NCBI GenBank assembly: GCA_963662665.2
Contig: CAXXJS010000030.1
Coordinates: 74,008-138,007, forward strand
Direction: 5' to 3'
Source of the DNA: Candidatus Latescibacterota bacterium
GTDB taxonomy: Bacteria; Latescibacterota; UBA2968; GCA-2709665
Length of the DNA stretch: 64,000 nucleotides
Positions 1-10,764 of this stretch are shown here, in pieces. Under the pieces are notes generated by a model. It worked only from the letters and a program-made list of their open reading frames with translations. It ran no database searches and was not told the DNA's origin. Within the stretch, counting starts at the first letter, position 1. Every line of letters begins with the position of its first letter. Both the position numbers and the translations under genes were made by a program.

Positions 1-410
1 TTAACGAACGCCGCGGTGAGATCGGAGAGCGTACCGCTGTTTCGGGCGCGCGTCAACACAAGTACCTGCGGGCCGATGGTTGAAATTGCCAGGCGGCCGA
101 TGCCCTTTTCGCCCAGCATTGGTCGTTTTTTCTTGCCTGGATCGTGCGGTATCGGTTCCAACCCATCAGCATTGAGTTTGCTCTCGGTCCCGATTGTAAG
201 CCAACGGGTAGAAAAATCGTCCCGACTCATCCCAATCCCATCGTCACGTAATACGAACAGACCGTCACTGCGGTAGTAGTCGATCTCTACGCGGTCGGCA
301 TACGCATCGTGAGCATTCTTGAACAATTCACTGATTGCTGTTGGGATTCCCGCAATCTGTTGTCGTCCAAGCATGTCAAGCGTTCGAGCTCGTGTCTTAA
401 ATGTAGCCAT
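1..410 (-). CDS. GHKL (HATPase_c, MORC/MutL-like) ATPase N-terminus, probably an RM-associated ATPase/histidine kinase; runs off the window edge
   Basis: Not in the ORF track. Manual translation from ATG at 410 gives MATFKTRARTLDMLGRQQIAGIPTAISELFKNAHDAYADRVEIDYYRSDGLFVLRDDGIGMSRDDFSTRWLTIGTESK, with GHKL motif I (ELFKNAHDA) and motif II (DDGIGM). Starts 1 bp after the dcm stop. Confidence 0.85.
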   Translation of the reverse strand, partial: MATFKTRARTLDMLGRQQIAGIPTAISELFKNAHDAYADRVEIDYYRSDGLFVLRDDGIGMSRDDFSTRWLTIGTESKLNADGLEPIPHDPGKKKRPMLGEKGIGRLAISTIGPQVLVLTRARNSGTLSDLTAAFV

Positions 411-411
411 C

Positions 412-1506
412 TTAGCGGAGTACTCCCACTTCCTTCAGATGTTTGTTGATTTGTCGTCCGATTGATGCTGCCAATTTAACTGGAACAGCATTGCCGATCT
501 GTCGTGCCATCGAGGCGAGGCTTCCTTCGAATTTGAAGTCACGCGGAAAAGTCTGCAGACAGGCTGCTTCACGGATGCTGATAGCTCGATCCTGATCCGG
601 GTGTCCGAAACGACCGTTGGAGTAACTGATGCATCTTGTCGTTAACGCCGTGGCCGGTCGGTCCCACGCCATACGGCCGTAGACGTCGCTATATCCCGTT
701 GTGTTATTGTGGCATTCTAGACGAAATCTTTCCGGCCAATCTTTACGGCCTCCGCCTTCCGGCGTCGCTCGAATACGCTCCAGATTTAGTTCTGACAGTC
801 TCGCGGCACGATGATTTAGAAAGGTCTCATGTTCGTCGCCTGCCTCGATCGGTGGAAGATTTCCGATCCAATTCCTGACCGTTTCGTAACTGGGGTTGTC
901 CGTTCCAGGCCCGTTTGTCTCCGATGGGAGTTCGATTGGACCGTGACGGCTTGCCAGAAGAACAAGGCGACAACGACACTGCGGGATTCCATATTTCATG
1001 GCCCGCACTTTGCTGTACTTGATATAATCGTAGCCGGCTGAGCGAAGACTTTGAAGGAATTCTCCGAACGGCCGAGTACTCGATTTCTCTTCCTCAAGAC
1101 CGGCCACATTCTCGATGAAGACGATGTCTGGTTTGCAGGCTTCGACAAACTCGGCGAACCGGGACAACAGTGTTTTCCGGTCGTCATCTTCTTTTTCGAT
1201 TTGCTTCCTGTTATGCCTTGTGAATGGCTGGCATGGCGCGCATCCGCAAAATAACAAGGGGTTAGGTCTTTGCGCATCAACAATTGAACGAACTTCAGAG
1301 ATTGGTGTCTTGCGAATATTCTTGAATACGTAATGAGTCGAAGGGAAATTCGTTTGATAGGTACGTCGAGAGTCAGGATCGAAATCGAGCGCAAAGACGA
1401 TCTCCATGCCAGCATCCCTGAACCCACAACTCGCCCCACCGCAACCCGAAAAAAAGTCGAATACTTTGACACTCACGCCATTACCTTTATATGGGAAATT
1501 AACCAT
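412..1506 (-). CDS. dcm: DNA (cytosine-5)-methyltransferase
   Basis: Motif I DFFSGCGG, catalytic PCQ, ENV, QCRCR, C-terminal IGNAVP. Likely start is ATG 1506, overlapping the vsr stop (ORF track extends to 1557). Confidence 0.93.
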   Translation of the reverse strand: MVNFPYKGNGVSVKVFDFFSGCGGASCGFRDAGMEIVFALDFDPDSRRTYQTNFPSTHYVFKNIRKTPISEVRSIVDAQRPNPLLFCGCAPCQPFTRHNRKQIEKEDDDRKTLLSRFAEFVEACKPDIVFIENVAGLEEEKSSTRPFGEFLQSLRSAGYDYIKYSKVRAMKYGIPQCRCRLVLLASRHGPIELPSETNGPGTDNPSYETVRNWIGNLPPIEAGDEHETFLNHRAARLSELNLERIRATPEGGGRKDWPERFRLECHNNTTGYSDVYGRMAWDRPATALTTRCISYSNGRFGHPDQDRAISIREAACLQTFPRDFKFEGSLASMARQIGNAVPVKLAASIGRQINKHLKEVGVLR

Positions 1507-1909
1507 CAAAATACCGGCGCATCGACTGCTCAACGAGATCCCGATCCGCTGTCTCACATTCCCATATAATTAAGGACTTCCAACCTGCTTCCTCCAGAGC
1601 AACTACATTTCGCCGATCACGTTCGATATTTCGTGACAGTTTCTCGTCCCAGAAGATTCTGTTTGTTGTAGGACGTCTCGCCTTCGGACAGTCGTTGTGT
1701 CCGTGCCAGAAGCAGCCGTGGACAAAGATCACTTTCCGGTGCCGGGGAAATACCAGATCAGGCTTTCCAGGCAGACCATCGTCGTATAAACGAAAGCGAT
1801 AGCCCAGATTATGGGCGATTTTTCGGATGCGATTTTCAGGCTTTGTGTCCTTGTCCCGGACTCGCCCCATAATTTCGCTTCGTTTCTTTTGGTTGTAAAT
1901 ATCTGCCAT
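1499..1909 (-). CDS. vsr: Very short patch repair endonuclease
   Basis: MAD...RSEIM...DTKPE, LPGKPDLVF, FVHGCFWHGH, IWECE. Confidence 0.95.
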   Translation of the reverse strand: MADIYNQKKRSEIMGRVRDKDTKPENRIRKIAHNLGYRFRLYDDGLPGKPDLVFPRHRKVIFVHGCFWHGHNDCPKARRPTTNRIFWDEKLSRNIERDRRNVVALEEAGWKSLIIWECETADRDLVEQSMRRYFDG

Positions 1910-2007
1910 GACGTAAACGGAAAACTGATTATATAGAATAGCGAAAATGTGTTGCCTCAGACAAGGCTGGGTCTCATTCGCATGATATTTTCGGTGATTG
2001 CCGCAGT

Positions 2008-3279
2008 TTAAGCGGATTCTGAGGAATTGATTGAGATCTGTCCGTTCACGGCAGCCGCGATAAGGGCAGAGCGGCGCTCCTTGAGGAGTGAAATGGTGCG
2101 TTCTGTAGATTTGCGGACGCTATCGATTTCGGCAGTGTGACGAGCGATGTGGTCAACGACGCGCTTCTGCTCTTGATCGGGTGGTGTGAGGAGCGGCATC
2201 TCACTCAGGTTCGATGCTGAAATCGACGCCAAATTAGTAGACTGCTTAGCGCGGCTTTCAAAATACGCCTTGGCTACTTCACTTGTAGTATAGGTGTTAA
2301 GCCAGTCAGGCGATACCCGCCGTGGTCGCACTGCGAATACGTGGTTTTGATGTAAGCAAGGGTTGATCTGACCAGTCCAGATTGCTCCGCGCCCCAGCTT
2401 GTCCGCGTCTCCGCCTTCATTCATTAAAACGTCTCCGGCCCGAAGGTGGCACAGAGAGGCCTCTTTGTTCGGCACGGAAATAGACTTCACTTCGGTAAGA
2501 TCAAAGTAGCCATCTTGAACATTCGCAACCCGCAGATAGGGAAACTCCCTCGTCGACTTGTTTCCAAAGCTTTTGCCCAAGGCAATCCCGGTCTGGACGG
2601 ACGCTACGAATTTGAGACGAGTCACCTTCCAATGCGCCGGGATCTTGCCTAGCCAAGAGATGCCCGAGTGGCGGAACGGGACGTTCGGGTCGAGACCACG
2701 GGTCACGGCGCGGGTGATGAGCGCACGGCGCTTCTCGGCAACCAGGTCCAGCAGCCGTACGTTCTCCTTTACAAGCTCATCCAGCCTCGATGTCTCGTGG
2801 TCGAGATAGTCGGCGATGGCGCGTTGCTGATTCGGACCCGGGATCTGAATACGTAGATTAGCAAGGAACTCTCCGTTCACATGCGGAATACCCATTCCAA
2901 CTGTCTCGGCTTTAATCGTATCTTCCTGTGATTTACATGCCCAAAACAAAAACCTCGGATCAACAAATTTAGGAATGACGAGCGCGGCTGTCGATGAGAC
3001 AATACCCCGCTTAGCCCTTAGAAATTCCCCCGCATTTGATCCATCCCACAAGAGTAAGGTGTCGTTTTCGGAAGCCACAAGGGCATTGGGACCGAGACTG
3101 ACGAGCGTCGGGTCATTAATCTCTCCGCGAAGAAACTCCATCGTGAGATAAGGTGCGACTTCGACATTGAGACCTGCCTGATCAACTGAAGTTGGTAAGT
3201 TTCCTTTGTGGACATCGGCCAGGTATCGAAATCGAACTTCCTTCCACATTTCCGTGGCTGTTTTCGTAGCGGCGTTCAC
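2008..3279 (-). CDS. hsdS: Type I restriction-modification specificity subunit
   Basis: Two TRDs with conserved helical spacers (PGPNQQRAIADYLD...EKRRALITRAVTRGL; PPDQEQ...ERRSALIAAAVNGQ). Likely GTG start at 3279 overlapping the hsdM stop (GTGA). Confidence 0.9.
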   Translation of the reverse strand: MNAATKTATEMWKEVRFRYLADVHKGNLPTSVDQAGLNVEVAPYLTMEFLRGEINDPTLVSLGPNALVASENDTLLLWDGSNAGEFLRAKRGIVSSTAALVIPKFVDPRFLFWACKSQEDTIKAETVGMGIPHVNGEFLANLRIQIPGPNQQRAIADYLDHETSRLDELVKENVRLLDLVAEKRRALITRAVTRGLDPNVPFRHSGISWLGKIPAHWKVTRLKFVASVQTGIALGKSFGNKSTREFPYLRVANVQDGYFDLTEVKSISVPNKEASLCHLRAGDVLMNEGGDADKLGRGAIWTGQINPCLHQNHVFAVRPRRVSPDWLNTYTTSEVAKAYFESRAKQSTNLASISASNLSEMPLLTPPDQEQKRVVDHIARHTAEIDSVRKSTERTISLLKERRSALIAAAVNGQISINSSESA

Positions 3280-5261
3280 GCCGTCACCTCGCGAAGCAAT
3301 CGGATGATCTTCTCTTCCGCCTTCTTCAGGTCCGCGTCGATTTCCTCCAGCGGTCGGGGTGGCGTGCATTTGTAGAAGTGCCGATTGAAGTTGATCTCGT
3401 AGCCGACCTTGTCCTTTCCGCGGTCCATCCAGGCGTCGGGGACGTGAGGGCGGACCTCACGTTCGAAGTAGGCGTCGACGTCGTCTTTAAGCGGCACATT
3501 CTCGAAATCGCGTAGCGCGGTGTCAGGCTCGTATCCTTTCTCTCGGCCATCCTTCCTGACGGGCTCGCCGTCTGGATCTTTCACGGTGAAGACGTCTCGG
3601 AAGAGCCTCTGTTCTACCTTCTTCCAGCGCGATTGGCGCTTATGCAGGAGAGCGCTGATATTTTCCCAGGTCGCGTTCCAGTCGCGCTGGGGCTCGCGCC
3701 CGAACACCTTATCTATGTCCTGGACGTCATCCAGCAAGTACGGACATGCATCCAGGAAACGCGCTTTGTCTTCAAAGGTCATCTGATAACGCAGGCGCAG
3801 AGGGCGCTCCACGGTGACACGGGAATAGCCGAAGTCATCGTTGTCGAAAATCTTTGAACGCTCGTCCTCCTGGAAGCGGCCATACAGTTGCACGATCTCC
3901 TCAACATGCTCTGCGGTTAAATGCCGGCGCTTGTCGCCCAGACTTCGCCTGTTGTCTTCGCTACCGCCCGCCATCCACATATCGCGGGCGTCGACCAGCT
4001 GAATCCGTCCTTTCCGGTGATCTTTTTTGCGGTTGGTGACAATCCAGATATACGTGGCGATGCCTGTATTGTAGAACATCTGCTCTGGTAAGGCAATGAT
4101 GGCTTCGAGCCAATCGTTTTCGATAATCCACTTGCGAATGTCGCTCTCGCCGGAACCGGCGCCGCCGGTGAAAAGCGGGGAACCACTGAACACAATGGCC
4201 AGACGCGAGCCGTGCTGGTGCTTTGCCGGCTGAACTGGTTCAAACTTATGTACCATGTGCTGCAGGAATAACATAGATCCATCGTTTACGCGGGGGAGTC
4301 CTGCGCCGAAACGGCCCGCGAAACCAAGCTTTTCGTGCTCATTGCGGACGTCGTTGCGTTGTTTTTTCCAGTCCACGCCGAAGGGGGGATTGGTAAGAAA
4401 ATAATCAAAGGTGTCGTCCTCGAATTGGTCCTCTGTAAGGCTGTCGCCGTATCGGACACTATCACCGACACCAATGTGGTCGACCTGCTTCATCAGCATG
4501 TCTGAGGCAGCAGTGGCAAAGGCGCGCTGGTTATAGTCCTGTCCATAAACGAAAAGACGCGCAACATTGTTATGCTCTCGCAGGTAGTTCTGCGCTTCGG
4601 CCAACATGCCACCGGTTCCGCAAGCGGGATCGAGAAGCTTGCGCACTGCACCGGGCGTAGCGAGGAGCTCATCGTCGCTAATGAATAGGATGTTTACCAT
4701 CAGCCGGATGACGTCCCGTGGCGTGAAGTGGTCGCCCGCGGTCTCGTTGGCCAATTCATTGAATCGACGAATCAGATTCTCGAAAATAAGTCCCATCTGG
4801 TCGTTTGGGACACGCTCCGGATGGAGATCCACGTCGCAGAACTTCGAGACAACGAGATAGAGGATGTTGGACTCCTGCATTTTCCCGATTTCTGTCTCAA
4901 ATTCGAAGTATTCGAAGATTTCGCGAACGTTCTTTGAAAAGCCATGGATGTAGCTGACAAGGTGTTGGGCGACGTGGTCCGGATCGCCTTTGAGCTTATC
5001 GAAGTCGAGGGGTGAGTGGTTATGGAAACGCTGGTCAGCAGCGCTGTTCAACTTGCGTTCGAGCGCACGACCTTCAAACTTGCCTCGGGAGCGTTCGTAC
5101 TCAGCAAGCACGCTGGACTTGGTCGGTGAGAGCACGCAGTCAAATCGTCGAAGTACGGTCATGGGCAACATCACACGTTCGTACTGTGGAGGACGGTACG
5201 GCCCACGTAGCAAGTCGGCGATTTGCCAGATCAGATTCGCGAAGTAGCTGTGGTCAGGCAT
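3276..5261 (-). CDS. hsdM: Type I restriction-modification methyltransferase subunit
   Basis: IWQIADLLRG, GDHFTPRDV, DPACGTGGML, NPPF catalytic motif, GYEINFNRHFY. Confidence 0.95.
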   Translation of the reverse strand: MPDHSYFANLIWQIADLLRGPYRPPQYERVMLPMTVLRRFDCVLSPTKSSVLAEYERSRGKFEGRALERKLNSAADQRFHNHSPLDFDKLKGDPDHVAQHLVSYIHGFSKNVREIFEYFEFETEIGKMQESNILYLVVSKFCDVDLHPERVPNDQMGLIFENLIRRFNELANETAGDHFTPRDVIRLMVNILFISDDELLATPGAVRKLLDPACGTGGMLAEAQNYLREHNNVARLFVYGQDYNQRAFATAASDMLMKQVDHIGVGDSVRYGDSLTEDQFEDDTFDYFLTNPPFGVDWKKQRNDVRNEHEKLGFAGRFGAGLPRVNDGSMLFLQHMVHKFEPVQPAKHQHGSRLAIVFSGSPLFTGGAGSGESDIRKWIIENDWLEAIIALPEQMFYNTGIATYIWIVTNRKKDHRKGRIQLVDARDMWMAGGSEDNRRSLGDKRRHLTAEHVEEIVQLYGRFQEDERSKIFDNDDFGYSRVTVERPLRLRYQMTFEDKARFLDACPYLLDDVQDIDKVFGREPQRDWNATWENISALLHKRQSRWKKVEQRLFRDVFTVKDPDGEPVRKDGREKGYEPDTALRDFENVPLKDDVDAYFEREVRPHVPDAWMDRGKDKVGYEINFNRHFYKCTPPRPLEEIDADLKKAEEKIIRLLREVTA

Positions 5262-5413
5262 GGCTGACTATTCTCAACCCGAAGAGTGCGAGAAAGACAA
5301 CGTCGGCAATCGATTGCTAAATGTCCGAACGTTTTGTTGGCCGTAATACCTGTAGGCTGTCGTGGCGCAGTGCTCTCTCCGTCAGTGACTGGCTACACCA
5401 GGTTATCGTACAT

Positions 5414-5450
5414 ATTTTCGCCGTATCGCCCAAATTTTCGCCGTATCGCC
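5414..5450. repeat. 17-bp direct repeat (ATTTTCGCCGTATCGCC x2, 20-bp period) upstream of hsdM
   Basis: Exact copies at 5414-5430 and 5434-5450. Confidence 0.7.
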
Positions 5451-5562
5451 GCCAATTTCTTGGGTAGCCAAGTCGTAATCGTCCGTGTGGGCCACTTGAC
5501 GGATCTCCAATAGAGTTCGGTCTCAGTCTATTGAAGTAAATGGGACGAATACGTCAACCCAT

Positions 5563-6861
5563 TCATAAACCTATCTTCAAGCCTGCCGCAGTTGCTTTCT
5601 TTACCGCAGAGCAGAACCTCTCGTAATCCCGTAGGGTTATCGGCCTATAGTGTGCCACTGCATTGCGGAGTTGTCGCGATTGACGCACCAGTGGAAGCCA
5701 TCGCTGTTCCACCTGTATATTGGGACACTTCTGCAGCAGATATTCCAGGTGTCCCCATTGACAGGCAAAGGGCGTCTCTCTCACTTCCTGGCATTCTATT
5801 ACTGTATCCGGCTCCTGCCATTTGTAAGGCCAATTCAATCCGTACGAGTGGTTAAGGTGGGTACATAAGCCCAATCGAATTTCGTCAATTTCCGCCAAAA
5901 GAAACCCTGCTTGTCCTCGCCACAATCGATGATCCAACGTTTCCCTTTGATCCAATAGAGCCAAGACTGCACTATGGCGTTCCAGCCCATATTCCGGCGT
6001 CCAATGAACCATTCCCCGAGCCCAAATCTTATACAATGTATTTGGTAACGCCCAATCCTCTTGCCAAAGTGTGGAATTTCGGGGATGGCTATGTAGAGGC
6101 CAATACTCCAATTCCGTTTGATCCCAGCCACGTCTCTGACCATAGGCCCGCAGTAGGTCCGCTAGTTCGGCGTTATCGCGATATTCCTGAGACCAAAGAA
6201 AATCCGCCAATCCTATATCAGAGCCCGCAATGGCTGGAATAGTGTGCTCTTTCCATCGGCTTGAGGGACCAGTATCCTGTTCGGATGCCAGTCGACACAA
6301 GAGTCGCATCTCCAATGTCGTGGGGATGCCTTTCCAAGGACGGATAGACAGGAATACATTCGTTTGGGGAAGCAGGCACGTCACTTGCGACGCTTGCGTT
6401 AGCAAACACAATGCCGGGGGGGTCTCTGAGCCACCTTCAGCGGTGGAGTCCCTACCTTGACATACCTGAGCCCACTGCACCATGAAATTTAGCCAATGCT
6501 CTCGATCTTCTTCAGTCAATTCATCGAAACCATCGAGAAACAAAATCTCAGGTAAGTCTGCTTGATTCAGGAGATTCTCTACTGTACGAGGCGCGTTGGA
6601 GGTACCCCAATCGACTTCGAGAATCAGACCTAATGCTCCAGCTGGCGTTTGGGCATCCAATTGGGATATCAAAACATCATGGATTTGTAACTGCCATTGT
6701 CCGAGTCCATCCCATAATTCAGATCGGAGCAGGCTTGATTCCACGCCTTCGGGAAACAAGGCCAAAACACTGCGGCCGTTCCGCAAGTCGTCCAGTATCA
6801 GGTCTAGCAAACGCCGAGCAGTTGGCATCTGCATTACGAATCTGGTCAGTTCCAAGCTCAT
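5563..6861 (-). CDS. Hypothetical protein with a possible degenerate P-loop N-terminal domain and a C-terminal HEPN-like motif
   Basis: 432-aa ORF with ATGA overlap with the upstream ATPase gene. Walker B-like ILFLDGFDE but no GKS/T. C-terminal RQLRNAVAH matches RxxxxH. Confidence 0.6.
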   Translation of the reverse strand: MSLELTRFVMQMPTARRLLDLILDDLRNGRSVLALFPEGVESSLLRSELWDGLGQWQLQIHDVLISQLDAQTPAGALGLILEVDWGTSNAPRTVENLLNQADLPEILFLDGFDELTEEDREHWLNFMVQWAQVCQGRDSTAEGGSETPPALCLLTQASQVTCLLPQTNVFLSIRPWKGIPTTLEMRLLCRLASEQDTGPSSRWKEHTIPAIAGSDIGLADFLWSQEYRDNAELADLLRAYGQRRGWDQTELEYWPLHSHPRNSTLWQEDWALPNTLYKIWARGMVHWTPEYGLERHSAVLALLDQRETLDHRLWRGQAGFLLAEIDEIRLGLCTHLNHSYGLNWPYKWQEPDTVIECQEVRETPFACQWGHLEYLLQKCPNIQVEQRWLPLVRQSRQLRNAVAHYRPITLRDYERFCSAVKKATAAGLKIGL

Positions 6862-9538
6862 AGATGTCCGATTATTCGGCCCAGGACTGGTTCAACACGG
6901 CACTCTCCATTTCTTATATCTAGGCAACCCAACCGACTCAAGAACTCCACAACCGACATACAGTCCTCGTGGGAAAGGTCGGGTGTTCCTTCAACCAAAT
7001 CGCGCAATGTATCTAAATCTTCGTACGAGAATCTTCCAAATTCCACTAAAGTCCGTAACACCGGTAACGACTCATCCTGAGAAACCAATCCAGTCTGCTG
7101 TAACAATTCGTCACCTAACTCTGATGAGGGACGGTCCAAATCCTCGATTAATGCGTTTGCGAACGAGCGGGGATCGTCATGGTCTTGGCACCGACGCAAA
7201 AGATCATCCAGCAAGAAAGACCATCCGCCGGTGGCTTTCATCACCATCTGGTAGACCTCGGGCGAATCTAGCTTACCCGCCTGGCTTAGTCGCTGTCTTA
7301 TCCCCACTTCGTCCCAGCGGCGGAGGTAGATGGGGTCAACCTTATCTTCCAGACCGGTTCGCCGGTCAGGGGGCACCTTTAGCCACGTCCAAGCAGCCTC
7401 TGGCTTAAGCAGAAAAACCACCTGAAGAGGCCGTCTACGCCTCTGGTTAAAGTCTCTGCACATTTCAGATACGTTCCAAACGCATCGCGCCATTTCCCCA
7501 CCGGTTCCGCGAAGCCGGCCATAGGTTAATGATTGCTCGACCCCTCGTTGCTTTCGGGCGTGGGAATTCAACCAGGCACAGGTTCTGTCGGCTTGGATCA
7601 ATTCTTGGGCAGGGATCTTAATGCCTCCCATACGGATTAAAGCGCGGTCCAACACGTCAAACCCTAATGCTTGCGAGCCGAAGACTAAACTCACGCCGGA
7701 CCGCCCTGTTTGTTGCAGACGGCCTTCCTCCACCAGCGTCAACGGACTGTATCTTCGGCCTCGGTCGTCTAATAGTCGGTGATGACTATCAGGTTGAAAC
7801 TGAGTCGGCTTAGGTTTATCCAATAGCTCCAGCAGTCGGTCTTCGATGTCCTCCTCGGTACCCATGAGACGGACTAAATTGGGACTGCGTAGCAAGTATT
7901 GATTTTCATCCAAGTTGTGTACCAATATGCCCAAGCCGACCATTTCTCCCAGCAATCCCCTCAATGCTTCAGTGTCGACCTGATCGAAACCCTGAGGCCA
8001 CCATTCTCGCGCCAGGCGGAGAAGCTCGTTCACACTGAATGAACGGACATAGCTGTCTCGTTTCTCTTTTTGCACATAAATCATGGCCCACGCGATGCAC
8101 TGATACCGTGAATCCAGTGCCAGAGTCCAATCGAGCCTTTCCCGAATGACCTGTCGAGCTTGAGACGATCGATATACCGCTTCGACATCCTCCGATAGTA
8201 TCTTGTAAGGCGGTCCAGTTGTGGACCTTTTGGCTTGCAGCCGACGTACGAGTTCATGACAGAAATACTGTATTAGACCCGGATGGTAGTTGGTGTATGA
8301 AAGGACTTTGAGCACCGTGGTCTCATCAACGAACCGATATCCCAGCGTTTCCAATGGCTCTCGAACCAATTGCCGGGCAGACGGGGCTTCGAGTGGTCCC
8401 ACTAGCAAGTTTTCCCCAAAATGCGCCAGCGGCTGGTTGGGGATATCGTTGAACCGCTGCACGTTATGTAGACCGGCAAAGACCACCTTGAAACGGGATT
8501 GCGTATTCTGCATAAGGGATCTGAGTCTTTCGACGACTTGAAAGCTATTCTGAGCATCTGCACCCAATAAGGAATCGGCTTCATCAAACAGGACGAGAAC
8601 ACGCCGTTGCGGAGATTCATCCATTGCGTTCTGCATGTGTTTGATGATATTGTCAGGCTGGTTCGCCGTTATGCTGTCCCTAATAAGTGAGTGTTTCTTA
8701 AAGCCATCGCGCAACTTGATCCATAACTGGTCGGGCTGTTCGCCCGCCAGGGCATCCCCCAATAGCTTGATGTCCTCGACCCAAGCAAATCGCTCCTGAT
8801 CTGGCTGGTGAAATGTGCGCTCCACTTGGCGCAATAGAGCGGACTTGCCCAACTGTCTCCCACCGAATACGATGCAGCTACCGGCGTTTTGTAGCTGACG
8901 GACCATCCTGTCGCGGCCGTAGTACATTTCGGGCGGTACATTTCCGGCCTGGAACGGTGTATAGGGATTGAGAGCAGCGTAGGGTAAGCTACAACGCAGG
9001 AATGCTGGAAGGCGGGTATCGTCAAACTTGGCCAAAAATACAAGTAGGACTTCATCTAGAACAACGAGAGCCAATTCCCGTTCTCCAGCGCGGGTGGCTA
9101 TGTCGCGTCGCCGCCGCTCAGTTAATCGCCCGAGAAAAAAGACGATGACCGTCTTGGTATCCAGTCCTATGTCACGCAAGAACGCTCCGATCGAGGCCGC
9201 CCCGGGCCGTTCCCACAGACATACTACATTGTAGCAGCCATTGGCTTGCGAGCCCAACTGAGGGATCGGTCGTGCGAGATCGCTGGCCGACGCATCTACC
9301 TCGCAGTGGAGCCAATCCCGGCCGCGACTCTTCACACTGACGGTCGACGCATTCCCCGGTAGATGAAAACCAAGATATGCCAACAAGACCGGGACATGCC
9401 GATCGGCAACTGTTGGTTGGTCCTGATGGCGTTTGAGTAGGTGCCAGGATTTAAGTGCCCTAGCGGCTTCATCTCGGCGGGTTTTGGGTAACTCACCGAA
9501 CGCCACCTTACCCCAAGTTTTGCCTTTCTCAATCACAC
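6858..9538 (-). pseudogene. 3' part of an IS630-interrupted giant STAND-type P-loop NTPase
   Basis: LNPY...MYYGR, Walker A GGRQLGKS, Walker B LVLFDEAD, VVFAG, TNYHPGLIQ. A second degenerate module follows (SLVFGSQALG...ATGGWSFLL). In frame with 10765-13382 after IS removal. Confidence 0.8.
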
Positions 9539-9540
9539 TA

Positions 9541-10762
9541 GTACCTATTGACTTCTAAGACTGGGCGTGCTTATAGTTCGATGTCTCCCCTGAAGACGAA
9601 GGAGCCATCGGCATGCCGAAGAAATACGTCGTACGTCTGAGTCCCGAAGAACGGGAACGGCTGCAGGATCTGGTAAGCAAAGGCAAGACGCAAGCGTACC
9701 GAATCAGGCACGCGCATGTGCTTCTCAAGGCCGATGCAGAGGGTCCGGCCTGGCTGGATCGGCAGATCACGGAGGCCTTTTCGTGCAATCGGTCTACGGT
9801 TGAGGGCATCCGGAAGCGTTTTGTGTTGGAGGGCCTGGATTCGGCCCTTGAGCGAAAGAAGCGCGCCCATCCTCCCACCGAAAGAAAGCTGGATGGTGCT
9901 AAGGAAGCCCGATTGATCGCGTTGGCTTGCAGTGAACCTCCAACGGGACGTAAGCGGTGGACGCTGAAGCTTTTGGCCGATGAGCTCGTAGCCCTGGAGA
10001 TCGTCGATAGCATCTCATACCGGACGGTGCAGCGAACGCTTAAAAAAACAAACTTAGGCCTCACCTGAGAACGTGCTGGGTGATTCCGCCCAAGCAAAAC
10101 GCCGCGTTTGTCGCCGCGATGGAGGATATCCTGGATGTCTATCAGCGGCCGTACGACGCCCTGAGGCCCGTTGTCAATATGGACGAACACCCGGTTCAGT
10201 TGGTCAAGGAGACGCGTGTTCCGGTCACTACACGTCCGGGCAAACCTGAACGCTACGACTACGAGTATGAACGTAACGGAACCGCCGTGAACTTCATGTT
10301 CACTGAACCGCTTTCGTGCTGGCGCAAGGTCCGTGTAAGACAACGCAAGACCGCACTGGACTGGGCCCAGGAGATCAAGGAGCTTCTGGATACGGACTAC
10401 CGTGAAGCCGAAACCGTCGTCCTGGTGTGTGATAACCTCAACACGCACACGCCCGCGGCACTCTACGAGGCGTTCTCACCCGAAGAAGCTCGCCGTCTGG
10501 CCAGGCGTCTCGAAATCCACTACACGCCCAAACACGGGAGTTGGCTCAACATCGCCGAGATCGAACTGAGTGTCTTGAGCAACCAATGCTTGAAGCAGCG
10601 CATCCCCGATATCGATTCACTCAAAGAGCAGACTTCCGCTTGGACGAATGATCGCAACAACAATAGCAAGGCCGTCCATTGGCGGTTCACGACCGACGAT
10701 GCTCGCATCAAACTGAGAAAGCTGTATCCAGACTACGCCGTGCTTTAGCCGTCAAAGGGTAC
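9541..10762 (+). mobile_element. IS630-family insertion sequence (1222 bp)
   Basis: Imperfect TIRs GTACCTATTGAC / GTCAAAGGGTAC. TA target duplication at 9539-9540 and 10763-10764. Confidence 0.92.
9613..10748 (+). CDS. IS630 transposase expressed via a -1 frameshift (HTH ORF 9613-10068, DDE ORF ending 10748)
   Basis: A7C slippery run at 10042-10049; the -1 frame gives LKKNKLRPHLRTCWVIPP. DDE motifs MDE, CDNLNTH, TPKHGSWLNIAEIE. Confidence 0.9.
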
Positions 10763-10764
10763 TA

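Noticed and set aside
9555-10448. 297-aa minus-strand ORF
   Set aside because: Antisense to the IS630 transposase.
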